Part shown: piece after piece, positions 52,606-64,000 of the stretch
Numbering within the stretch: position 1 is the stretch's first letter
How the letters are laid out: every line of letters begins with the position of its first letter
Assembly (NCBI GenBank): GCA_000165425.1
Contig: CT868002.1
Coordinates: 124,001 to 188,000 of the forward strand
DNA: 64,000 bases
Source of the DNA: Paramecium tetraurelia
Taxonomy: Eukaryota
Direction of reading: 5' to 3'
Made by a program: the position numbers and the translations under genes
The notes under the pieces: model-generated
Database searches by the model: none
Told to the model about the DNA's origin: nothing
What the model saw: only the letters and a program-made list of their open reading frames with translations

Positions 52606-53585
52606 TCACTATTCCATCTATTCAAGTTCCTCCTTGTTAATAAATGCATATTATAGAGAGGGTCGATATCCATCTAATTATTCCCATTTGAATCTGGGAA
52701 TCTTGAAAATGGGCTAGCAGGATTTCTCTATGATAATTTATATGATCCTCTTAGTCTTCCATGCCAAATCGTTGGCTTTGATTCTGGCACACTCTTCAAC
52801 TTACAAGCAATCCATTATTAATTCTTTGGCATACTGGGGAATTCCATTGATGTTAATCTAAATCTGTTGAGCAACATAATTAAGCATTTCTTTTTCGAGT
52901 TGATCACTCTTCTTCGCTTTCCAAGGGTAATGTTGAGTGACCATAAAAAACAAAAGGACTCCCAAACTCCAGATGTCATTTGCATATGGATCATATTGAG
53001 ATCTATATTATAAGGGAATTATTACAATAATTTAGTTTATGGACTCATGTACATGGGAGTTCCTACATATGTCCTTGAAGTGGTTTATTCATCATTTAGG
53101 AGTCTGGCAAATCCGAAATCGATTACTTTGATTTCTAATTTAGGTTTTGTACGAATCAAAATGTTTGAAGGCTTGATGTCTCTATGAACAATATGCATGT
53201 CATGTAGGAAACTGATTCCTGAAGCAATTTAATAAAATATCTGTAAGGCATCATCTTCTTGAATTTTGCCTTTCTTCTCGATGTAAGAATTGAGATCTAA
53301 AGAGTCTTTAAAACATTCCATTACGATATTATTGAAATTAGCACATTAGTAGAAATCCTTGTACCTTATGAGATATTTGGATCCATTTTCCCCATCTTAA
53401 TAAGGGATGCTCCTCATAGATTCGACTTCTTATCTGAAGATTTTATTGTCCAATCCAAGTTCCTGCTTGCTCATCTGTTTGACGGCCACCATTTCATTTG
53501 TGAAAGTATCAATTGCAGTGTACACAGTTCCATACATACCACTTCCCAACTTTTACTTCAAGTTTATTTGATATCTGCTATTCAT
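52606..53585 (-). CDS. Ser/Thr protein kinase
   Basis: [40 protein letters not shown] and DIWSLG. Confidence 0.92.
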
Positions 53586-53731
53586 TTTTAATATTAAACA
53601 TATCACAGAGAATTGGGAGATGATTTCTTTTTATTTATTTATTTAATTCAGTGTATTTTGATTAACTTCGGAGTATTAACTGTGTCCCTGTTATAATATT
53701 GATTATTATATAATAATGTAAATAATAATTA

Positions 53732-56700
53732 ATGAGTGTCATACAAATTACTGCACCACAAACCTAGAATAATTTTAGATGGCTGATCTAAAAGCTGATT
53801 ATGAAAATGAATCGAGAGTCAGACAGGAACTCAGAAGAAGCTGCCTATCGTATTAACAGAGGGGCTTTGACTTGCTTCACGACTTTGTGTAACACCTTAA
53901 GCATAAACAATCGAGTGATGTATTCCTTTTGAAATTCTCAATAGCGAAGTCAATTTATCTGGTTGTAATATTAATGTTTACTACGCCATTGAAATCAGTG
54001 GATTGATACAAAAAAACAAGAATATTTAGATTTTGAACTTGGGCGACTGTAAAATTAATTCATTCGGTTTGAGTTGCATATTCAAGGCTGTAATTTTTCC
54101 TCCTTATCCCAGATGATTGATCACACAGGTCTCAAAATATTGAATCTATTCAACAATCAAGCATTTACTACCTAAGTTGTCTAAGACTTTTGCAGATACG
54201 TGTTGGGAGGCAAAAACTTCTTGCAAGAAATCAATCTATCGCATTGCAATATTGAGAACTCATTGTTAGCCTAAATAATGGATAAAACTCATAATTTAAG
54301 CTCTTTAAGGTACTAAATAATTTATAATATCAAGACGACTGAAATTATCCTTGATGAATCTGAACTACGAAGGAATAATCGCTCTATCCAGTATGATGTT
54401 GAATTACACTGGAAAATTGAGTTTGGATTATTTGGACATCTCCTACAATCAAATTAAAAATGATGGAATTGCATTACTGGCAAGAGCATTATTCATGTCA
54501 GTCAGACTGATCAAGATTAAGTCCCTCAATCTCAATGGCAATCAGATTACTCAAACTGACTAATTAGAACAAATCATACTTAAAATTTAACTAGAGGAAC
54601 TATATCTTTCTCATAATAAAATTGTAGAATTTTAAAATCAACATGTCCTAACATTAAAATTGTTAAAAATAGATTTGTCCCACAATAGAATTGAAGAAAT
54701 ACCAAACAATTTCTTCTTAAATGTAATGTATCTAAACCTATCCAACAATTTGATTGACACTGAAGGGGCCTATCAGATAAGTCAAGTACTATGTTGCAAC
54801 ATAGTTTAATGGGCTTATCTAGATTTAAGTACAATTAATTAATTCTCAGTAATAACAAAATTAAAACTAAGGGTTTTATATCAATAGTTTATGCTTTGAT
54901 TGAGAATATCTCTCTGATTAGTTTATCAGTGTCTAAAAATCAAATAGATGGTGAGGGTATCTTGGTTTATGTGTTTAATCATGAACAAATAAGATTGCAG
55001 TATTTAGATGTTTCATTAAATCAATTGAGGTATGATATTGTATACACATTGATTTCAATGATGAAAGAGTCAAGATTAAAGACTCTCCTATTGTCTTAAT
55101 TAATAATTGATGATAATGAAATTTAAAGTGGAAAGCAGGATTGTTTCGAAATTAAATGTACAAACTTAAGAGAATTGGATTTCAGTTTTAATCCTCACAT
55201 TATGTATCCAGTTCTAGAATCATTAAGTAACTAATACAATAGACTTGAATATTTGAATCTAAACTCATGTCAACTGAATGAACCCATATTGATTGAGAGA
55301 TTGAGTCAGCTAATAGAAAAGACCTACACTTTGACAACCCTATTAATAGCTCATAATAACTTAGGCGATTTAAATTTATCCTCTTTCGAATTCTTAAACA
55401 GTGCTTTATCTAAGAATTCAACTTTAATTAACTTAGATATTTCAAGCAATAAATTAAAGAATGCAATCTTACTACTTATAAATGGCATATCAAATTGTTG
55501 TTCTTTGAAAGTATTGAATATCAGCAATAATTTAATTGATGAAAATGAGGTGATAGTCAGAAAATTACCACTGTTATTCAAAAATAGAAATTTATAATAT
55601 GTAGATATGTCCAAAAATTGGATACATGGTTAAACTCTGTTCAGTATCAAAGCCATTATATAAAAGATGCATTTGTCGTTTCCATAATTGTTATTGTCTA
55701 ATCTCAAACTTACAGCCGACGACCTATTGATAATCTCTGATATTATATCGGATATCTACTCTTTTAAGATACTAGACATCAGCATGAATTAATCAATTGA
55801 TTATATGAATAATTTCACTGCCCTATAAGATAATTAAACAATTAGTTCACTCACAATAAATAAAATGTAATGTCGCTTAGAGTCCTATTAAAATTTATAA
55901 TAAGTATTGAAAAGAAATAAGCACTCTTTAAAACTCATTGAAATTTCCAACACTCTCATATCTCATAATTATCTATACACTTTATTGTAAGGTATGAAAT
56001 ATACGAAATCTTTGACCTCCTTGATTTTGGAATATTAGGTAATAGAAAGTTATGCCCTTCTAAATTCATTTCATGAATTGATTTAGATTAATACATTAAG
56101 GAATCTAGAATATCTAATTATCCAAAAGTCGACCTTGTCAATTGATTTTTTCTAGATTTTGAAGGAAATCTTAAGACAATCCAATAAACTCATAGAATTG
56201 GATGTGAGCGAAAATAGGATTAATAAGCATAAATTTGAAATCTTATGTCAAGGGATTACTTTAAATAATAGTTTGTAAATACTGAACATTGCAAATATCA
56301 AACTGAATGATTAAAAGTGTTAAATGTTAATTTAATCACTACTCAATAATAAGACTATCAAATAGATTGATTTATCAAGAAATAACATTACTCAATAAAG
56401 TTACTACCATTTCTTTACTGTATTCAAAAATAATATCACACAAATTGAGAAGCTAAAATTCTCTAAAACAAAGAAGAAAGCTCAAATTAAGATATATCCC
56501 GATTATAAATTTGATTTTTTTATTAATTTTCATAGGTAAGAACCAAGTTCATTATTATTTTTTAACTTAACTACACTAGACCTATCTAGAGTAAAGTATC
56601 AACAGGCTAATCTAGAATTGATTATAAACAGAATTAAGCCAGATTCAATATTATAAAATGTTACTAAGCTCTAGTTTAATGAATGTCAATTCCAGGATTC

Positions 56701-58604
56701 TCATTGTGAACAGCTTCAACAATTACTATAGAATTAATTGAAACTAAAGGAATTGTCTCTGGATAAAAACAATATAACTTCAGATGGATTTTATAAGATA
56801 TTTAATATTATACTATAAAATAAAAGCCAATTGGAAAAATTAACAATATCCAAGTACAAATATTATTAAACCTTATAGCAATTAAATTGAAAATACAATC
56901 TTGCAGTTTAATTGTGAATAAAAATTATCGTTTTTCAAACTGCTTATCATCGATAATAATAAAGCTCTTGGATCTCAAGATCTATTGCTATTTTTAAAAA
57001 ATAATAAAGGCTTGTATATCTATAACACTTGGAGCTAAATCTCAGAGGAACTAGCAATTTAAATAATAGAATCCTACATACTTTACAGTGTGAATTATCA
57101 TATAAAGAATACTCCTGATTATCTGAAAAATCTAATAATTAGGGATGCTAATTTGACAGATAATTTTCTTATTTGGTTTGGGACTAAGTATTTTAATTTT
57201 TAATAATTGGAGTGCATTGACTTTTCTGGTAGTACTAAATTTAGTACAAGTGTTGGGAAAATGCATATGTACATAAGCATGATCAATGAATAATTTATGG
57301 AATACAATTTAATTTCTGGAAAGATAGACAATCAGTAAAGGATTATTAATATTTTTGATGATGGGATATTGTATTATCTATTGATTAAACTCAAAATGTA
57401 CATACTAAAAAGAAACAACAGCATGAAATGGATAATTTAAATAATTAACAAAAAGTTATATCAGTATACAGATTTCAAATTAAGTAGTTCACTTTATAAA
57501 TTTCTAAGGTAAAACAAAGTTTACATTCGAACTTATTGTGTAATCTAGTTAATTCTGGTGCCAATCTAGGCAATATTGAGTGTGATTTTAGCATTCTATT
57601 ATGATTACAATATCGACCCGAGAGAATTGAAAATGGATTGCAAATATTAGAATCCATGTTACTTTTCTACTTATAATGAATATGCAATATTGATAAGTTT
57701 GATATATTTTCTGTTGGTTCTATACACTTAAGTGTTAAACTTGTATGTGGCAGTGAAAATTAGAGTAAAAGCAGTGCCAGATTATTGCATAAGAACATTT
57801 GAAGAAAAGAAGTTTTAAATTTATAAATACCCTCACAAATAAGAACTATTTTAGTTTTTCATTCTGTTGTTCATATCAGCAGATTACTACTTTGAATTTT
57901 AGGTGATTGGCTTATGTGTAAGCTTTATTGATTATTTATAAGACAACAACTTAATGAGAGAATTGCAATATAAGTTTTTTGTTCAACTCTTTGTGCTGTC
58001 TTCAGTTGCTATAACAAAGTTCATCATAGTGATATACACCAATTACATCAACATGTATAATTTAATGAAAAATTTGGATGCTGATTAGGCAACGTTATTT
58101 TCATACATTTGGAAGATGAGTGAAAATAATTATGTTCTAGAGAATATTCTAAGGTAATATTGTCCATAAATTGGAATTCAAGTCAAAAATCATCTATTAA
58201 ACAGCAGATAAATTTAAGAATTGATCTAAGCTCTACTAATCGATTTGCCGTCTTTCATATGTATTAGCACATTTTATTCCCTTTCAACTTAATACTATGA
58301 ATCCTAGTTTACATCTCACATTATACCTTCAGCATACTTTTTATTTATGATTGCTAATTTGAGAGTCTTAGTTGGATTCTTCTTTCACCTCAACATTGCA
58401 CTTACAACACGACCTCCTTAGGTGAATGGGTTTGATTTGAATTAAACTCTCTTGTAAAGAAAATACCAATCATTCTAAAAAGAATGTGAGAAGCAGCCAT
58501 ATGAAACGTGTGAACCCCAAGAGGATGCAAGATTGATGAGTACTTTGATGAAATACAGAAGTGAGAAGCAAATAATTGTAGCATTAAATAAGAAAGAAAA
58601 TTGA
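53732..58604 (+). CDS. Very large LRR protein with C-terminal multi-pass membrane domain
   Basis: More than 30 RNI-like LRRs (LDISYNQI, LNLNGNQI, LNISNNLI, IDLSRNNI, etc.), then several hydrophobic segments at ~57660-58400. Ends ...NKKEN*. Several short introns. Confidence 0.8.
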
Positions 58605-58661
58605 ATATAAGATTGCATTCCTTTTATTTATATCAATTGGATTTATGTATCCTAAGATCTA

Positions 58662-59832
58662 TCAATTCGAAAGAAACTTTTTATAAGTGTCAGCATTTCT
58701 TCTAAGTATATCTTCAACTGGACCTAACAATCTCAAAAATGAATTGCTATCTAAATACACAACTACACAATCAGTCTACATTTTGATATTATATCTACTT
58801 CCGCTTTTATTGTAGCTTATCTAGGCATCTTATGAATTAATGCCAATTCACCAAAATAATCCCCTGTTTGATAACGCAAGACTTCTTCCTATTATCCATT
58901 ATTATCTTTAAATGCCGCCAAACTTCCTTCAGCAACCATGTAAAATTTATCTCCTTCTTCCCCTTCCTAAATGATCACTTGTCCTTCCAAGTATGAATGC
59001 TCCTTCAGACCATCACAAATTTGTGTCTTTTCATAGGCGTCCATTGATTATAATAACTCAACTTTAGAAAGTACCTCTTCATATTGTTGTCTCTTTTTCA
59101 TAGTAGCATCTTTCACTATGTTATTGAAAGTGCTTCTGTCCAATGCAAAGAGAACCGAATCAACTTTTGCTTAGATTGAGGCTGCCCTAGGAGAATTATA
59201 GAGAAGAGATAATTCTCCGAACATATCACCTGACTTGTATTGCTTAAGGAATTTCGGTTCTTCATCTGTTGGTTTCATTCTCCTAAAGCAATCCAGTTCA
59301 CCAGAAAATACTATGTAAAGTTCAGCTCCATCTTCTCCCTGATTGATTACCCAGTCATCCTTTGTGAAATGCTTTTCTTCCATGGCATTTACAACAATCT
59401 CTTATTCATGCTAGCCCAGTGCCTAAAACATAAACACTTTCATTAGTTTCTCCAATATTTATTACTTCTATTCTTCTGTTTTTGGTATCACTCTTGGTAT
59501 GAAGTTCTCCTTCTTGTTGTGGATACCGAAGACTTCAGCACTTACAGAACTTCTGAACGCTTTTGAATTTTTTGGTGGCAATGGCAATTCTTCAATTTCT
59601 TCATTGTCATCTTGATCAGATGATAAATTATATTCGACTGCAGTATTTAGATGCTGAGTCATACTGGAGTTATTTTTAAGTTATTCAAGGTATTGGATCA
59701 TCCATTCAATCTGATGTAACATATGTAATTTACATAATTTTCAGGTTATGATTTAAACAGTTCATATACCATCTTCTGCAATACATCATTTACTTTTTCC
59801 TTATACCTTGCTATTCGTTCCTTATTATTCAT
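58662..59832 (-). CDS. PKAR: cAMP-dependent protein kinase regulatory subunit
   Basis: Hinge FRSSVSAE and two cNMP-binding domains with FGELSLLYNSPRAASI and FGELALIHKMPRQATI. Two introns. Confidence 0.93.
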
Positions 59833-60244
59833 AATTATAAATTATGTTTTTGATTTATTATTTATTCGTTTCTGTAACTTAAATTTAAATCGCTCAATAA
59901 ACTAGTATTTTAAAAACATAGTATAAACAACAAAATTGTTAGACCAAATACTAACATTTAAATGTGGTTTTCATCTGTATATCAGTAGTCATAACACAGT
60001 GGTTTCGTTTAGTCACACATGGATTAATTTGAATATATCGACGTTTTGAATGCGGGTTGAAAGACTTATGATTTTAATATTGAATAGTATATAAATGGTA
60101 TAATAATTGAACCTTCAATTAAATAATTAATAATATATATAATGAGCAATAAATAAGATGAGTCGATAATAAAATTGATACCATTTACGTATTATGACAT
60201 AGTTTATTAAATTATTTTAAAATCAATTATTATTAATAAATTCC

Positions 60245-63200
60245 ATGGACTTGCCTTCCTAATTTAATCTTGAACTTCAACCAGTCAGCAATCAACAATT
60301 ACCGCTTTTATAAAATTCTGAAGAAGAAAACCATGGGGAAAAGAGGTCCCTATTAACCTTGCTGTTCTTCTTGGATGTTTATCCAATGATGAAAGTATTG
60401 ACAAACTTGATAATCTAGCAATCTCAACAAGTCTCCCTTGAAAGCGATTGCATCAAAGAGCTAAGATTTGCGAAACGATCTCTTAAAATGCATGAGTAGT
60501 TTTCTTCCTATCTATAAAAGGATGGGAAGCTTATTAAATAGCTTTTATTATTCTTTATGTGTAATATTCTATGTCATAATAGCTCCGCTTCTAAAGGTTA
60601 TCCTAATTCTGTTAATATTAACATTGGGATAGCTTTGCATGCCTTTATTAATAAAAACTGTTATTGACTTTATTAAGAGTGAAAATAGAGATGAAAATGA
60701 TGCAATCTATTTGATTTTGGCCATTTTATTTCTCAGAATATTGAACATATTTTCCCAAGCTCATTCTAGAAGGATGATAGTATAATTTCAATGACATTAA
60801 TAGCTTTGTGTAGGTTATGACGCCATGTCGGTAGTTAGTGTGGAAATAATGAGAAAGTGTTTGCGAGTTTCATTGTTAAGTACTACTGAATGGTCAAGCG
60901 GAGAAATAACAAATTTAATATAAGTAGATGCTCAGAAACTAATCCTAATTACAAGTTACATTTCTAGTGTATTAATGATACCTATACAATTAGGTATTTA
61001 ATAATATGTTATATCCATTTAGGAATCAGTTTATATTTAATGTATAGTATGATAGGTCTGTCATTTTTGATTGGATGTACAATCATATTGATAATGATAC
61101 TATTTAATATCTTTACAGGGAAGTAGATCGTGAAATCACAACGCAAATTATTGAAGGATAAAGATGAAAGAACAAAAATAGCCAATGAGATATTCTCATA
61201 AATTAAATTTATCAAAATTAATGCATTAGAAGAACACTTTTTGGTCAAAATAAATCAAGCAAGGGAGAAGGAGATAAGCAGCATCAAAAATAGACTCTAT
61301 TACTCTGCAATTAATATATTTTCTGTATGGTTGACACCTTAGTTAATTTTGAGTATGACCTTTGGTTTATATGTGTATTTGGGGCATTAATTGAATCCCA
61401 GCACTACTTTTGCTATCATAAGCTTATTTTAGATTCTGCAACAACCTTTGCTTCAATTACCTATAGCTATTAATTCATTGATAGAAGCCAATCTTTCATT
61501 AAAAAGAATATCTAAATTTCTGGCTACAAATGATCTGATGACTAATTGCATACACACATCAGAGTTCAGAGATCCAACAGCAGCAGTTGACTTTTAGAAT
61601 GGAATATTCTATTGGAACAAATTAATTAATAATTCAGTTGAATTAAATGGAAATTAGGAGGATCAGAATGAAGGAGCAGATAATGTGAAGGAAAGATTCT
61701 AAGCACAATAAATAGAGTAGCCAATATTGAAAAATATCAATTTGAGAATAGAACCTGGAAAGTTTGTTTCGATAATTGGAGATGTAGGCTCTGGCAAGAC
61801 TTCTTTCTTATAGGCACTTTTAGGAGAGATGATATACATTGAAGGGTATGGATAGCCGAAAATAAGATTAAATGGGAAAATAGCATATGTTAGTTAGAAA
61901 CCTTGGATACAAAATGCATCTGTTAAGGATAATATAATCTTTGGTAAATAATTTAATTAACAATAATATGACAATGCCATCTATTATTCTTGTTTAACTT
62001 AAGATTTGTAGATTTTAATTAATGGAGATTAAACTATGATAGGAGAAAAGGGAATCAATTTATCAGGAGGACAAAAAGCAAGAATCAGTTTGGCCAGGGC
62101 TATTTATAGTGATTCTGATATCATTCTTTTGGATGATCCATTAAGTGCTGTTGATGCTCATGTTGGGAATTTCATCATGAAAGAATGTTTATTAAGCAAA
62201 TTAAAATCAACTACTAGAATTCTGATCACTCATGCTTTAAATTATTGTAAATATACAGATTATATTTACCTATTTGAAAAGGGAGAAGTGATTGAGCAAG
62301 GTGCTTATAGAAGTATGCTCAAAAGTTAAAAGTTTTAGGAAATTAAAACAAAGTTTAACAATAATTATAATGAAGATTTAGAAGATTCCCTATTGATTTC
62401 CAATCCATTAGAAAGTCTAGTGAAGCATACTAAATCTGAAAATAATAACAATATTAGTACCATTAGTACTATCACTCAATTGAATTAATCTTAGTAAGAT
62501 GAAGTGGATGATCTTATGATATTAGAAGAGAGATAGAAAGGTAACATTAATTATGAAGTCTTCTTGTAATATTTTGCTCATAATGGAGGTTGTCTAAGTT
62601 TCTCCTTAGTGATGATGATTATGGTTGTCTGGGTATTTTGTTACTTAGGTTCTAGCATATGGATTTCAAAGTGGGCTGCTTTGTCATCTACTGATGAAGA
62701 ATTTTCAAGAAACACATTGTACTTTTCAATCTATTTCACTTTTGGCTTTATGCAGGCTTTCTTTGCCTTTCTTAGAGCCGTTACAATTATTCATTAATCA
62801 ATTAAATCAGCTTAAATAGTCCACACCAAAATGATGAACACATTGATTTATGCTCCTCAATGTTCATTTTTCGAAAGGGTACCTTAAGGTAGGATTATGA
62901 ATAGACTCACTAAGGATATTAATTCATTGGATACTGAAATCTATTGGAATATCAGTTGGCTCTATACTAAAGTCAGTCAATTGATTAGTAATACTTTTCT
63001 AAATGTATATGCAAGTACCTACCTTATAATACTTCCTATTTTGGGATTCTTCCTCATATGTTTCAAAATGAACAGACTCTATATGAAAGCCTCCAGAGAA
63101 CTTCAAAGACTAGAATTAATCAGTAAAAGCCCAATTCTAAGTTATTTCACTGAAACCTTATCAGGATTATCTACAATCAGGGCTTATTAACAAACTAATG

Positions 63201-64000
63201 AATTTCTCTACAATTTTTCAAGAAAAATAGACACCAATAAAAAAATATATTACAAATAGGTTGAATCAAATGCATGGTTTTTATAAATCTTAGGATTGTC
63301 TAGTCTGATTGTAAACATCTCAGCTATTGTTTATTGCATCTATTACACTCAAAACCCAGCATTTGCAGGACTTCTAATGACATATGCCTCCAATATAGAC
63401 ATAAACATTCTTCAAACAGTTGAATCTTTAAGCCTATTAGAAAATGGCATTATTTCCTTTGAACGATGTTTAGCATACACAAAGTAACATTAATATCTTA
63501 TCATTAAGTGTAAAATCAGAGAAAAGAAATGAAAATAATGTCAGAGTGTAAAATTGGCCAAGACTTGGTGAAATCCAATTTGCTAACTTCTCTGTCTAAT
63601 ATCGTTCGAACCTCCCTCCTGCATTAACCAATTTAAATTTCAAAATTGATACCAAGGAAAAAATTGGAGTTGTTGGTAGAACTGGAGCTGGCAAATCATC
63701 CATCACCTTGAGTCTTTTAAGGATCTTAGAATCCTTAGAAGGACAAATACTAATTGATGGTGTTGATATTTCAACTTTATCCCTTAAGCAATTAAGGGAA
63801 TCAATCACAATCATCTTACAAGATGCTGTAATATTCAATGCTACCATAAAAGAAAATCTAGATCCTTTAAGTCAAAGATCAAATGAAGAAATTTTAACCG
63901 CCATTAATTAATGTTGTTTGAATAGGTTAATCAGTAATAGGGATGGGCTAATGACTAAAATTTCAGAAGGTGGAGACAATCTAAGTGCTGGTGAAAAATA
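60245..64000 (+). CDS. ABC transporter, C family (MRP-like), 3' end beyond window
   Basis: TMD1, NBD1 (IIGDVGSGKTS, LSGGQKARISLARA, ILLDDPLSAVDAHVG), TMD2 (FFERVPQGRIMNRLTKD) and NBD2 (GVVGRTGAGKSS, NLSAGEK). The start may lie slightly upstream (ATG at 60142). Confidence 0.93.

Noticed and set aside
53030..53070. Kinase APE motif replaced by SPQ
   Set aside because: All other catalytic motifs are intact and the MSPQ variant is, to my knowledge, common in ciliate kinases.

Overview
AT-rich, gene-dense eukaryotic DNA. It reads as ciliate somatic (macronuclear) sequence, most likely Paramecium. Long reading frames open only when TAA/TAG are read as Gln and TGA is the sole stop (translation table 6). 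Genes carry tiny (~20-30 nt) GT..AG introns, and intergenic gaps are often under 50 bp, so the supplied standard-code ORF track shows only fragments and antisense shadows. Manual re-translation gives about 30 genes. Recognisable ones include a pterin-4a-carbinolamine dehydratase (PCD)-fold gene plus a pseudogenised paralog, an LRR/coiled-coil protein, a C2-domain Pro/Gln/Tyr-rich protein, LSG1, a Rab1-like GTPase, a PA-domain vacuolar-sorting-receptor-like protein, a TTLL enzyme and a MORN protein. Also present are DPH7, an S1/P1 nuclease, a pseudokinase, a WWE + degenerate PARP-like protein, two paralogous PAS-domain membrane proteins, a trichocyst matrix protein, SHMT, a Ser/Thr kinase, a large LRR-transmembrane protein, a PKA regulatory subunit and an ABCC transporter truncated by the window end. 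The most notable observations are a 30-bp TA-bounded, IES-sized insertion in the PCD pseudogene, the WWE/pseudo-PARP, a small MGxCC protein with PP1-docking motifs, and divergent gene pairs whose ATGs are only 12-22 bp apart. All calls come from manual translation and motif recognition; no searches were run, and start codons are best estimates.
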